A stretch of DNA of 64,000 nucleotides from Spirochaetia bacterium (lineage in GTDB: Bacteria > Spirochaetota > Spirochaetia > SZUA-6 > Bin103). The stretch covers positions 7,520,001-7,584,000 of the forward strand of contig CBDBDQ010000005.1 in assembly GCA_965203905.1 (NCBI GenBank), read 5' to 3'. The position numbers and the translations under genes were made by a program. Under the pieces are notes generated by a model. The model was given only the letters and a program-made list of their open reading frames with translations, was not told where the DNA came from and did no database searches. How positions within the stretch are numbered: the first letter of the stretch is position 1; each line of letters begins with the position of its first letter. Below, piece by piece: positions 54,872 to 64,000 of the stretch.

Positions 54872-55657
54872 TCATGGGCGAGGCCACGCCTTGTCGCCGA
54901 CACCGGAGCCGCCGGCGGGCCTGAGGTAGGTGCCGGTCACGAAGTCCGACGCCGCGGAGGCAAGGAAGATACCGGCGCCGGCCAAGTCTTCGGGCTCGCC
55001 CAGGCGGCCGGCCGGCGTCTCGTCGATGATGTAGGCGGTGCGCTCGGTGTCCTTCCAGACCGGGTCGGTCATCTCGGTGCGGATCCAGCCGGGTGCAATG
55101 AGGTTCACCTGGATGTTGTCCCGCGCCCAGTCGAGCGCCATGGTGCGCGTCAGGTTCCACACGCCCGCCTTGCTGGCGGAGTAGGGCGCGTTTCCCGCTG
55201 CGCTCCGCAACGAGTAGCCGGAACCGACGTTGATGATCTTGCCGCCGCCGGCTTTCACCAGTTCCGGGTAGACGGCCTGGCAAAACAGGAACACGGCGGT
55301 CAGGTTGATGTCGATCACGCGCTGCCAGGTTTCGACCTGCACGGTGTGCGTCGGCTGGCCGCCGTGACCCACGCCGGCGTTGTTGACCAGGATGTTGATG
55401 CCGCCGAGCTCGCGCACCGTGGTGGCCACGGTCGCGGTGATGTCATCCTGTTGCAGCACGTCGCAGCGAAGACCGACGCAGCGCCGCCCCATCGCTTCCA
55501 CTTCGCCCACCACGGCCGCCGTCTTCTGCTCGTTGCGGGCCGCCACCACGATGTCTGCGCCGTGGTGCGCAAGCCCCAGGGCGATCGCCCGCCCGATGCC
55601 GCCATTGCCGCCGGTGACGATCGCCACCTTGCCCGTAAGGTCAAACAGGTCCTTCAC
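54872..55657 (-). CDS. SDR family oxidoreductase (KduD/gluconate 5-dehydrogenase-like)
   Basis: FDLTGKVAIVTGGNGGIG, LVNNAG, YSASK, NLIAPGWIRTEMT. GTG start at 55657. Confidence 0.92.
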   Translation of the reverse strand: MKDLFDLTGKVAIVTGGNGGIGRAIALGLAHHGADIVVAARNEQKTAAVVGEVEAMGRRCVGLRCDVLQQDDITATVATTVRELGGINILVNNAGVGHGGQPTHTVQVETWQRVIDINLTAVFLFCQAVYPELVKAGGGKIINVGSGYSLRSAAGNAPYSASKAGVWNLTRTMALDWARDNIQVNLIAPGWIRTEMTDPVWKDTERTAYIIDETPAGRLGEPEDLAGAGIFLASAASDFVTGTYLRPAGGSGVGDKAWPRP

Positions 55658-55829
55658 GGGCAACACCCTGGCACGCGGCGCGCGCCGTGGCAAGAGGCGG
55701 ACAACCGAAGCGAGAAGCAGGACTGTCCCACGCTGCGTGACAAGCCGGCTGCAAATCGTTGCTCCCGTTGCCATCGGACCGACGTCCAGTCGCCGGACCG
55801 CCCAACTCGCACCCCGGCGAGCGCGCCGA

Positions 55830-57415
55830 TCACGTGGCCCCGTCCGGCGGCGGTCCGTACTCCCGATGCCGAAAGCGGTGGTGAGCAGAACAATGAAGCC
55901 TGAGGTTGCCCGGCTCAGCGCTGCCGCCGAGCGCGAAGGGAACGATGTGGTCGAGCTCCAGCAGGAAGCGCGACCCGCAGCGCCGCCCGCTGTGCGGATC
56001 GACGTAACTGCAGCAGCCACCGTCGCGGCGCCACACCTCGCGCCGCACCGGTGCCGAAATGTACCGGGATCGGCGCGCCCGGTGGGGCGGCTGCGCGCTG
56101 CCTGCGGAGGGGCCGGCTGGCGCCGGCTGCGGGCGCGACCGGCCATCGAGCTGCTCTCCTGCCCGCTGCGCGGCCCCTGTCCGCTTCGCTGGCGAAGGAG
56201 CGTGGCGACCGCGATCCGCCGCTGCCGTCGCGGTCGGCATGCTCTGGTCTGCCGGCGGCGTCGGTACGGAGGCGAGGGACCCACGATCTGCCACCAACTT
56301 CGCCGCCGAAGGAGCGGTGCCGGGCGCCGCCACCGCTGGCTTGGCACTCACCGGGGTGCTGCCGCCGCAAGTCTCGCGCCCCGACGGCGACGCGGACAGC
56401 ACTGCCACCGCCGAGGTGCCGGCGTCGCCATTCCCGCGCGCGCCTTCCTCTGCGGACAGCGCTGCCGGCGCCGGGGTGCTGCCACCGGCGACCGGGCTCT
56501 CCGGCGGCGGCGGCCCTCCGGGGTACTTTTGCGCGCCCCGCTTCGCCGGCGAAGCCGCCCCGTCTGGCGGCGCTTCCTGCGGCTTCGGCTCCGGCGCCTG
56601 GCCCGCGCTGGCCTCCCGGCTCCCACCTCTGCGCCCGCGCGGCGGTCGCCCCGGGTCGTAGCGCTGCAGCCCGTCCTGCACCAGCCGCTCCACCAGTTGC
56701 CCCAGCGTCAGGTGCGGGTCCACGTGCGACAGCAGTGCCTGTAGCTGCTCGATCCCGCACTGACAGGCAGCGTCGATCACTACCTTCAGCTCCCAGCGGC
56801 CCTCGCCCAGCGCCCGTATGCGATCGGCCGGCCGCGCCAGCTCGGGAGCCACCCCGGCCAACAACTGCTTCACCTCGCGGGTGCTCTTGCCGCTCGCCTG
56901 CGCCACCAGCTCCTGCCGCTGCGCCGCGTCCAGCGCCGGCACCGGTCGCGCTGGCGCCGCTGCCGCGGTTCCCGAAGCCCCAGGCCCCGGCGCCGGCCCT
57001 GTGGCGCCCGGCAGCAGCTCCGGTGTCGCGGGTGCCGCGCCGGGGTCCGCGGCGGTGGTCGCCGTGCGCTGCAGGAGATCGAAGGTGTTCTGCAACTGCG
57101 CCGCCGCGCTCAGGGTGAGCGAGCCGTCCTGCAGCCGCTCGCGGGTCCCGGCGGTATCGGAGCACAGGCGCATCGCCTTGATACGGCGCCACGCGGCGCC
57201 TTCGCTGTAGCCCAGCTCGCGCACCGCGTAGTCGAACAGGCTGGAGAACCCGAGGCGCAGGTGGAGGTGGCGGGCGTGGATCTCGCGCAGGTGGTCGAGG
57301 ACGGCGAGCTGCAGCGCCTGCTCGTGCAGGACGAGGGATCTGGTGTGCGCCAGCAGCACCTGGTCGGGGATCCCGGAGAGCGAGGCGGAGAAGCCGGTGG
57401 CGGTCGCGGAAGGCA
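55830..57415 (-). pseudogene. HNH endonuclease (DUF222-like N-terminus, long low-complexity linker), interrupted at its start codon by IS66; original ATG at 60015
   Basis: GFSSLFDYA...LGYSEGAAWRRI and RREVWRRDGGCC...C....LELDHIVP...GG.....NLRLHC..HH. Removing the IS restores MPSATATGFSASL. Confidence 0.85.
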
Positions 57416-57428
57416 GTAAGTATTCGGT

Positions 57429-58325
57429 CTACAGGTTGGGGGGCGGATCAAGAGGAGCGCACAGTCGACGGCGGAAGTCGCGCCTGAGCGGGTAGAGCCA
57501 GATGTCTTTGGTGGGCAGCGTGTGCATTCGACGTACGTCGAGTTTGCCGCGTCCTTGGGTTTGTCCGACGTGGGTCCAGTTGGCGGCGCGGTAGCTGGTA
57601 CCGGCGAAGCGGTCGGACTGCACGAAGGTCTCCAGCAGCAGCGGTCGGTACCCATAACGCGCCTGCCAGTCGGCGGGCAGCCGGCGGCTGATGCGCGCCA
57701 GCACGGTGGAAGCGAGATTGCACACCTGCACCCAAGGCAGGATCAAGAAGCGGGCGTTGTTCACCACCAGGTGCAGCCGCGCTTCGCGCTGGGCAACGCT
57801 CCAGCCGATGAAGCGGTCGCGAGGAGCCGCCTTCCAGGCGCTGGCGCCAAAGCCGACCACCGCCAGCACCTGCCGCTGGCAGGTGACCAAGTAGCGCTGC
57901 TGCGCACCCGGTAGCGGCGTATAGCCAAGGTAGTGGTAGCGGTCCACGTACTCGCGCCATAGGAGCGCTTCGCGCTGATCGGCCAGCGGTCGTACCTGCA
58001 GCGCGGGCAGCTCATCGACGCGGGCGCTGATCGGCAGCTCCGGTTCCGCCTGCGCGGTACGACGGCGGCGCAGCGTGCCGTTGTAGTGACGCCGCCGCGG
58101 CGCCGGCAGCCGGATGAGCCCGTCGCGGTGCATGCGCAGCATCGCGACGCGACAGCTCATGTCCTTCAGTTGTCCGTTGGCACGCCGCCAGTGCAGCCGT
58201 TCGCACACCACCTTCGAGAGGGCGAACCGATGGCGGGTAGGGTCCTCAGCGATGAGCGCGCGGATCAACTGCAGCTCCTGCTCGCTGAAGGGCCGGCCGC
58301 AGTAGCGCACCGCCTCAGGCGGCAC
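57429..58325 (-). CDS. DUF4338 (Druantia DruA-like) domain protein
   Basis: RYCGR.F, VCE.L.WR..NG.LK.MSCR, YHYLGY, RDRFIGW, VNNARFLILPW, NLAS, LLETFV, F.GTSYRAANW..VG.T.GR. Confidence 0.88.
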   Translation of the reverse strand: MPPEAVRYCGRPFSEQELQLIRALIAEDPTRHRFALSKVVCERLHWRRANGQLKDMSCRVAMLRMHRDGLIRLPAPRRRHYNGTLRRRRTAQAEPELPISARVDELPALQVRPLADQREALLWREYVDRYHYLGYTPLPGAQQRYLVTCQRQVLAVVGFGASAWKAAPRDRFIGWSVAQREARLHLVVNNARFLILPWVQVCNLASTVLARISRRLPADWQARYGYRPLLLETFVQSDRFAGTSYRAANWTHVGQTQGRGKLDVRRMHTLPTKDIWLYPLRRDFRRRLCAPLDPPPNL

Positions 58326-59940
58326 GGTCGTCGACCAGCTTGGCGGGTGAGCCGCGGGGCAGCAAGCGCGCCTCGGGACGGTGCCAGGGCAGGAACCGCT
58401 CGTAGTCTTCAGGCACGCGAGCGCCGGCGACCGCACAGGCGCTCAGGTACTCGGTCAGCCAAGTACGCGGGTTGATCTGCCATCGTTCGAGGGTGTGGAA
58501 CAGGCTGAACAGCGCCGCGCTCAACTCACCGCTCCACTGCGCCCCCGAGCCGTAGTAGTTCTTGCGCCCCACCACCGGGCCGCGCAGCGCACGCTCGGCT
58601 TGATTATTGTCCAGCGGCAAGTCGGGATCCTCGACGAACCGCGTCAGCCCCTGCCAGTGGTTGCGCATGCTGCGCAGCACCTTCGCACACGCTGCCGCCA
58701 GCTTCGGCTGCTGCGCCAGTTCGCGCTCTCGTCGCTCTTCCATCGCCTGCACCACCGCCCGCAACGCCGCATCGGCCGCCGCGTACTGCGCGGGCTCACC
58801 ACGCACCTCAAGACGCTCGTCGTTCAGGCGATACAGCGTAGCGATGTCAGCCAGCCACTGCTCGGCCCACTCCTGCTGATCGTCCCGCTCATGGGCTACC
58901 GTGATGAAGTCGCGGCGCATGTGCACCCAGCAGAACGACAACTCCAGCTCGGTATCCTTGGCCAGCCGCTTGTACGAGGAGAAGCGGTCGACGCTCACCA
59001 CGCCCCCCGTCACGGTCGCAAAATGCTGCTTCGGCACCCGCGCCGAACGGGTTGGATCGAGCGTGAATACCACCACCTCGGCACTCCAGAACAGCCACAG
59101 ACACCAGCGCTGGCAGGTGTCCTCGCTGGCCGCCTCGAACACCTGCCAGCTGGTCTCGTCAGCATGCCAGTGCTCGCTCGTGCGGCTGCGTTCGATCAGC
59201 GCCTCGCGCAGTGGCGCGAACAACGGCGCCAGACGCCGCAGACCGTCGGTGACGGTGCCTTGGGCAAGATCCAGCCCATGCGTGCGTAGATCCGCGAGCA
59301 ACCGATGCGTGGGCCGGTACAGCAGATACTTGTCGAGCAGCACCGTCACCCAGATCGAGATCCCCAGGATGCCGTTCGGGATCAGCCGTGGCGGCGCTGG
59401 CGCCGTGAGCACCGCCGCGGCCGCCGTGCACTGGCAGCTGCGGCGGTAGCGCCGCCGCTTGATCACCCGCCGGTAGGCGCGCACCTCGACTTCCAACTGC
59501 TCGGAATCCTCGCTGCCGTGCGAATGATACTCAGCGCCGCAGGCCGCGCAGCGGCGCCGGTCCGGGGCAACGTCGTGTGCTTCAACCTGTACCGGCAGGT
59601 GTGCGTGCCGGCGCCGACCATGGCTTGGCGCCCCGGGTTGCTGACCGCGGCGCCGCGGTGGCGCGGCGGTTGCCTCAGGAGCGCCGCCACTCCTGGTTCG
59701 CTTCTCGCTGCCGCGGCGCCGTGCCCAGCGTTCCCGCAGGCGCTGGCGCAGTTCCTTGAGCTTGGCCCGTGCCGCTTGCAGTTTCTGTTTCAGCCGTTGC
59801 TCGCGCGCTACCGCCTTGCCGTGCATCCTGCGGTAATAGCGCGCCTGTCGTCGCAGCTCTACTACCTCGCACCGCAACTCGTCCATCTGGCTCTGGCACG
59901 CCGCCGTGCAGCCACTCGTTTTCCGCCAGAACCCTCCCAC
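58315..59940 (-). CDS. IS66 family transposase
   Basis: Coiled coil, RGQQPG..HGR, CxxC zinc finger, HADET, SVDRFSSY, FCWVHMRRDF, DNNQAERALR..VVGRK. Start 59940 or 59886. Confidence 0.95.
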   Translation of the reverse strand: MGGFWRKTSGCTAACQSQMDELRCEVVELRRQARYYRRMHGKAVAREQRLKQKLQAARAKLKELRQRLRERWARRRGSEKRTRSGGAPEATAAPPRRRGQQPGAPSHGRRRHAHLPVQVEAHDVAPDRRRCAACGAEYHSHGSEDSEQLEVEVRAYRRVIKRRRYRRSCQCTAAAAVLTAPAPPRLIPNGILGISIWVTVLLDKYLLYRPTHRLLADLRTHGLDLAQGTVTDGLRRLAPLFAPLREALIERSRTSEHWHADETSWQVFEAASEDTCQRWCLWLFWSAEVVVFTLDPTRSARVPKQHFATVTGGVVSVDRFSSYKRLAKDTELELSFCWVHMRRDFITVAHERDDQQEWAEQWLADIATLYRLNDERLEVRGEPAQYAAADAALRAVVQAMEERRERELAQQPKLAAACAKVLRSMRNHWQGLTRFVEDPDLPLDNNQAERALRGPVVGRKNYYGSGAQWSGELSAALFSLFHTLERWQINPRTWLTEYLSACAVAGARVPEDYERFLPWHRPEARLLPRGSPAKLVDDRAA

Positions 59941-60541
59941 ACCTCATTCGTAGCACACCGGTCCGGATGTGTCCAGCGGTCCCACACCGGTAGACCGAAT
60001 GTTTACGGAAGGCATGGCGTAAATATAATCATAGCTGAGAACTGCCCGGTTTCTGCGAGTCCCGGACCGGCCCCGGGAGGGCTCAGGCCGGCGCTTGCGG
60101 GGTGCTGACGGGCTTGGAGGGCGTGGCAGGATGTTCGAAGGGTCGGAGGGGTCGGAACGTGCGGCAGGAGGCCACTACGAGCGGCGCCAAACCCGTCAAG
60201 TGCTCAGCGAACTTTTTTTTGGCACTATTCGCAGAATCCTGCACCGCGGCGCCGACGTGGCAGTAACCCATCGTGGAGACCGGCGATGCGGCGGGCGGCA
60301 ACCCGCTCATTTCTGGACACATCGTACAGCGAGCGAACCACGCACCCTGAAGGAGGCGATCTGGTAGGCGCCGGGGCCATCACCGCCGCTTGCCCACACG
60401 GGATTCGGACGTCGTTCAGCATGGGATGCTCCTGAAGCGAGAAGCGACCCGCACCAGCATCGCCTGACCGACGATCGGGCGGCTGGGCAGTCGCACCCCG
60501 CAAACATTGACACGGTGGCGACCGCGTGCCAGATTCGGACG

Positions 60542-61417
60542 ATGCCTGTGACGGAAGTCGGACAAGCGCACGTCGAAGGGTACCGCGGCGACGGCTACCT
60601 GCTGCTGCCGGGTATGTTCAGCGAGGCGGACCTGGAGCCGGTGCGCGTGGCGATCGAGGACGAGGTGGATCGACTCGCCGACCGCTTCTACCGGGAGGGC
60701 AAGGTGAGCTCGCGGTTCGCGGATCAGCCGTTCAACCGGCGCCTGGTCCTGCTCTGCGAGAGCGCCGGCGAGGAGGTGCGCATCTGGGAGCTCAGAACCC
60801 GGGCCGCCGTCACCCCGGAGCTGTACCAGTTCGTGCGGCACCCGCGGATGCTGGAGCTGATGACCGCACTCCTGGGGCCGGAGGTCGCCTGGACGGGGAG
60901 CTTCGCGGTCCGGGTCAAGCTGCCCGAGAGCGAGGAAAGCCGGTTTCCCTGGCACCAGGACACCCAGTACTACGGCAACCCTACGCAGCACCTGCACGTG
61001 ATCTCCGTGTGGATTCCGCTGGTGAATGTGGATGAACGGAACGGCTGCATGCAGCTCCTGTCCGGCAGCCATCGCTGGGGCCTGCTCGGCGGCGCCCGCG
61101 ACTCCGAACGGGTGGTGCGCATGTTCGAGGACGTGGAGCAGCGCGCCGCGCCAGTGGTCCTGCCGATGCGGCGCGGCGACGCGCTGGCGTTCAGCAACCT
61201 CACCTGCCACGCGAGCACCGTCAACAGCACCGACCAGATGCGCTGGAGCATTGACCTGCGCTACGTGGTGCCCGAAGCGGCAACCGCGCGCAACGACGAG
61301 GAGCGGCACGGCTACGCCACCATCTACGACCACTACCGGATGCGGCCCATCACCGTGACCAGCCGCGACCCGGACCAGGTCGTGCCTTGGGAACAGATCC
61401 GCAACCTGATCAGTTGA
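60542..61417 (+). CDS. Phytanoyl-CoA dioxygenase family protein
   Basis: Y..DGYL, FPWHQD, SVWIPL, NGCM...GSH, H.S..N..D..RWSIDLRY. Promoter TTGACA-17-CAGATT ends 6 nt before the ATG. Confidence 0.9.
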   Translation: MPVTEVGQAHVEGYRGDGYLLLPGMFSEADLEPVRVAIEDEVDRLADRFYREGKVSSRFADQPFNRRLVLLCESAGEEVRIWELRTRAAVTPELYQFVRHPRMLELMTALLGPEVAWTGSFAVRVKLPESEESRFPWHQDTQYYGNPTQHLHVISVWIPLVNVDERNGCMQLLSGSHRWGLLGGARDSERVVRMFEDVEQRAAPVVLPMRRGDALAFSNLTCHASTVNSTDQMRWSIDLRYVVPEAATARNDEERHGYATIYDHYRMRPITVTSRDPDQVVPWEQIRNLIS

Positions 61418-61438
61418 TACCCTCTCTACTACCCTTAC

Positions 61439-62500
61439 TCAGACGTTACTACCTCCATTCCTGAGGTAGCGCCAGCGGGCACCCGGCCCGCGGCCTCGGC
61501 AGCTGACCTCGCCGGATTTCTTCAGATCGGCAAGAAGGGTGCGGATCCACTCACGTCCGACGCCGGGACAGTCGCGTTCCAGGTCGCTCAGGCGGAATTC
61601 GCCCGGCTGCGCGCGAATCGCTGCGAGCACCAGCCCTGACTTGCCGCCCCGCGGGGTCGTGACCTGCCCCACCCGCTTCTCCAACTCGACGTAGCCGCGC
61701 CGAATGATCGAGAACAGGAAGTTGAACCACGGGGTCAGTTCGTGCCCGCGGTCGTGCCAGCCTTGCGAGCTGCGGTAGAGAGACTCGTAGTAGTCGTCCC
61801 GAGACTCTTCGATCAGACGTTCGAGGCTGAGGTAGCGGCCGACCTCGTAGCCGTGCTGGTTGAGCGCCAGCAGGGTGAGCAGCCGCGACACGCGTCCGTT
61901 GCCGTCCCGGAACGGGTGGATGCAGAGGAAATCCAGGACCAGTGCGGCAATAGCGATCAACGGCGGAATGTTGTCCTGGTCGAGCGCGTGGCGGTAGCGT
62001 TGGCACAGCTCCGCAGCCGCGGCCGGTGTCTCCGCCGCCGGGACGCAGCGGAATCGGACAATCGGCGCCTGCCCTTCCCGGAGTTCCACGATGTCGTTGT
62101 CGACCCGTTTGAACTGCCCGGCATCGCCGCTTGACGACTGGCAATGCGCGTGCAAGTGCAGCAGCGTGTCCGGTGTGATGGCAAGCGAGGCGGCACCGGT
62201 ATGAATCTCGTGCAGCGCTCGGCGGTAGCCCTGGACCTCCTGTTCGGATCGGTCGCGGGGTGTGGCCCTGCCGAGCACCAGGGCGTGCAGGCGGTCGTGA
62301 CCGACCGTCACACCTTCTATCCGATTGGACGACTCCACGCTCTGAATCGTGGCCGAGTCGCGGAGCGCCTTGAGGACTTGTGGCGACTGGCGGGAAAACA
62401 GCTCCTGCTTCCCCTTGAATTCGGCGATGTCATTGAGCAGCCAAGCCGTGCTCATGGGAATCGCATGGTCACACAGTCGCTGGTCGCGGAACGAATTCAT
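61439..62500 (-). CDS. Fic family protein with C-terminal HTH
   Basis: SSNRIEG and the canonical IHPFRDGNGRVSR motif. Confidence 0.93.
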   Translation of the reverse strand: MNSFRDQRLCDHAIPMSTAWLLNDIAEFKGKQELFSRQSPQVLKALRDSATIQSVESSNRIEGVTVGHDRLHALVLGRATPRDRSEQEVQGYRRALHEIHTGAASLAITPDTLLHLHAHCQSSSGDAGQFKRVDNDIVELREGQAPIVRFRCVPAAETPAAAAELCQRYRHALDQDNIPPLIAIAALVLDFLCIHPFRDGNGRVSRLLTLLALNQHGYEVGRYLSLERLIEESRDDYYESLYRSSQGWHDRGHELTPWFNFLFSIIRRGYVELEKRVGQVTTPRGGKSGLVLAAIRAQPGEFRLSDLERDCPGVGREWIRTLLADLKKSGEVSCRGRGPGARWRYLRNGGSNV

Positions 62501-62538
62501 GGTCGGCTACGCGCCCGGAAGGTCACCTCGGCACCACC

Positions 62539-62575
62539 ATATGAGGTTGCCGGGTGCCGGACAACCTCATATCCT
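62539..62575. promoter_or_regulatory. Palindromic divergent promoter between fic and phyH
   Basis: ATATGAGGTTG-12 nt-CAACCTCATAT. TTGCCG-17-TATCCT on + and TTGTCC-17-TATGGT on -. Confidence 0.6.
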
Positions 62576-62581
62576 GTCGCC

Positions 62582-63448
62582 ATGGCCACTGCCCTGCCCC
62601 TGGTTTCCTACTCCACGCTGGAGGATCAGATCGAGGCGCTGGAGCGGGACGGGTACCTCTATATTCCCGGGTTCCTGAACGCCGACGAGGTCGCCGAGCT
62701 GCGGGCCGCCGCCGAGCGCATCGAGCCGCTGCCGGAGAACCTGGACACCGACATGACGTCGGAGCGCGACGGCTACCTGAACAAGTGCATCAACAACGCG
62801 TTCAACCGCGATCCGCTGTTCCTCAAGTACCTCGACAAGCCGGGCCTGATCGACCTGGCCGAGGCGATCCATGGCAGCGACTGCCACATCATCGCCATGC
62901 ACACCTGGATGGTGGGGCCGGGCCGGCCCGACCAGACCCTGCACACCGACTGGCTGCCGATCTCGCTGCCGGAGGATGTGGCGGCAGACCCGCGGGTGCG
63001 CCTCCCCATCTTCATCACCACCGCCCACGTCTACCTGGACGACATCAGCGAGGAGATGGGGCCCACCGTCATCGTTCCCGGCAGCCACCGTTCCGGCCGC
63101 GCTCCGGACCCGGCGCAGGACGCCAACCGGCGCAATGACCGCAGCCGCGCCAACGGCGGCAGCCCGGCGTCCTCGCCGCCGGCGGTGGAGTGGAACGGCG
63201 TGGGCGAGCACAGCCCGCTGTGCAAGGCGGGTGACTGCCTGTTCTTCCGCTGCGAGCTGTGGCACCGCGGCGCCGCCAACCACAGCGACCGCGTCCGCCA
63301 CACCTTCATGATCCACTACGCACACCGCATGATCACCCAGAAGTTTCCACCCTATCTGAAGTTCCGCTTCGACCCCGAAATCGTTGCCCGCGCCACGCCG
63401 CGCCAGCGCCGGCTGCTCGGCGAGCATGCCCAGAGCAACTACGACTGA
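62582..63448 (+). CDS. Phytanoyl-CoA dioxygenase family protein
   Basis: ERDGYL, LHTD, VYLDD....GPT..VPGSH, AGD..FF...LWHRG..N.SD..R. Confidence 0.9.
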   Translation: MATALPLVSYSTLEDQIEALERDGYLYIPGFLNADEVAELRAAAERIEPLPENLDTDMTSERDGYLNKCINNAFNRDPLFLKYLDKPGLIDLAEAIHGSDCHIIAMHTWMVGPGRPDQTLHTDWLPISLPEDVAADPRVRLPIFITTAHVYLDDISEEMGPTVIVPGSHRSGRAPDPAQDANRRNDRSRANGGSPASSPPAVEWNGVGEHSPLCKAGDCLFFRCELWHRGAANHSDRVRHTFMIHYAHRMITQKFPPYLKFRFDPEIVARATPRQRRLLGEHAQSNYD

Positions 63449-63463
63449 GACAGGAGGCCGCCG

Positions 63464-64000
63464 ATGAGCGATCAGTACCCTCCGTTGGCCGAAGTACGGC
63501 GGGATCTGCGGGTGCAGTGGTACCGCTGCCCCATCGACCCGGCGCGCCTGCGCGAACTGATGCAGCGCAGCGACCGCAGCGGCTGGATGCAGGCGGGCGG
63601 GCACCTGCTGCTGTTCCTGGCCACCGGCCTGCTGGTGTACCTGTTCTGGTCCACGCAACTGTGGCTCGGGTTCGCGGTCGCCCTGTTCCTGCACGGCACC
63701 TTCGCCAGCTTCATCCCTGGCCTCGCCACCCACGAGCTCAACCACGGCACCGTGTTCCGCACCCGCTGGCTCAACAAGGCGTTCCTGTACGGTTTCTGCC
63801 TGATAAGCTGGTACGACCCGTTCGAGTACGCGGTGAGCCACACCTACCATCACCGCTACACCCTGCACCCGCACGGCGACCGCGAAGTGCTGCTGCCGCT
63901 GGCGCCGACGGTCGGGTCCACCTTCCTGCTGCAGTTGTTCACCGTGAACCTGCTCACGCGGCCGAAGCGCACCCTGGGCAAGGGCGGGCTGATCCCCACC
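63464..64000 (+). CDS. Fatty acid desaturase family protein, 3' end outside the window
   Basis: RBS AGGAGG. WYRCPID, HELNHGTVFRT, SHTYHHRYT His boxes. Confidence 0.88.
   Translation, partial: MSDQYPPLAEVRRDLRVQWYRCPIDPARLRELMQRSDRSGWMQAGGHLLLFLATGLLVYLFWSTQLWLGFAVALFLHGTFASFIPGLATHELNHGTVFRTRWLNKAFLYGFCLISWYDPFEYAVSHTYHHRYTLHPHGDREVLLPLAPTVGSTFLLQLFTVNLLTRPKRTLGKGGLIPT

Larger units (their letters stand above)
57416..60006 (-). mobile_element. IS66-family element, 2591 bp, transposase + DUF4338 passenger
   Basis: TIRs GTAAGTATTCGGTCTAC / GTAGACCGAATGTTTAC (15 of 17 match). 8-bp TSD GGAAGGCA at 57408-57415 and 60007-60014. Confidence 0.93.

Noticed and set aside
57429-58325. Complete Druantia defence system
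   Set aside because: Only a DruA-like gene inside an IS; no DruE helicase or other dru genes

Overview
High-GC bacterial DNA in three parts. The signal-peptide style of the solute-binding proteins and the many PhyH, desaturase and peptide-ABC paralogues suggest a host-associated spirochaete-like organism, but this is only an inference. (1) 1-35 kb is mostly intact core and metabolic genes: YyaL-like protein, aspS, helicase-associated-domain protein, DUF420, AAA+/VWA pair, cysK, trmL, AAA_14-DUF4143, FAH, acnA, NlpC/P60, FAD/Fe-S oxidoreductase, transglutaminase-like lipoprotein, serine/threonine dehydratase, DUF309, sterol desaturase, MFS, a beta-propeller, VapBC and a complete five-gene Opp/Dpp ABC operon. 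(2) About 35-55 kb is a scrambled accessory region. It holds repeated back-to-back junctions of truncated genes, a duplicated Uma2 nuclease, several toxin-antitoxin loci with truncated toxins and a vanadium-haloperoxidase-like gene surviving as two pieces about 9 kb apart. It also holds an AT-richer ABC cluster, an internally deleted group II intron, a tandem array of promoter + 'MKRHDDSQRSD' micro-ORF repeats and a broken permease/CRTAC1 gene. (3) 55-64 kb holds an SDR, an HNH gene hit at its start codon by a complete IS66 element (TIRs, 8-bp TSD) that carries DUF4338/DruA-like cargo, two PhyH dioxygenases, a Fic protein and a partial desaturase. No rRNA, tRNA or CRISPR array was seen. All family calls come from motif recognition, not database searches, and the scrambled region could partly be an assembly artefact.
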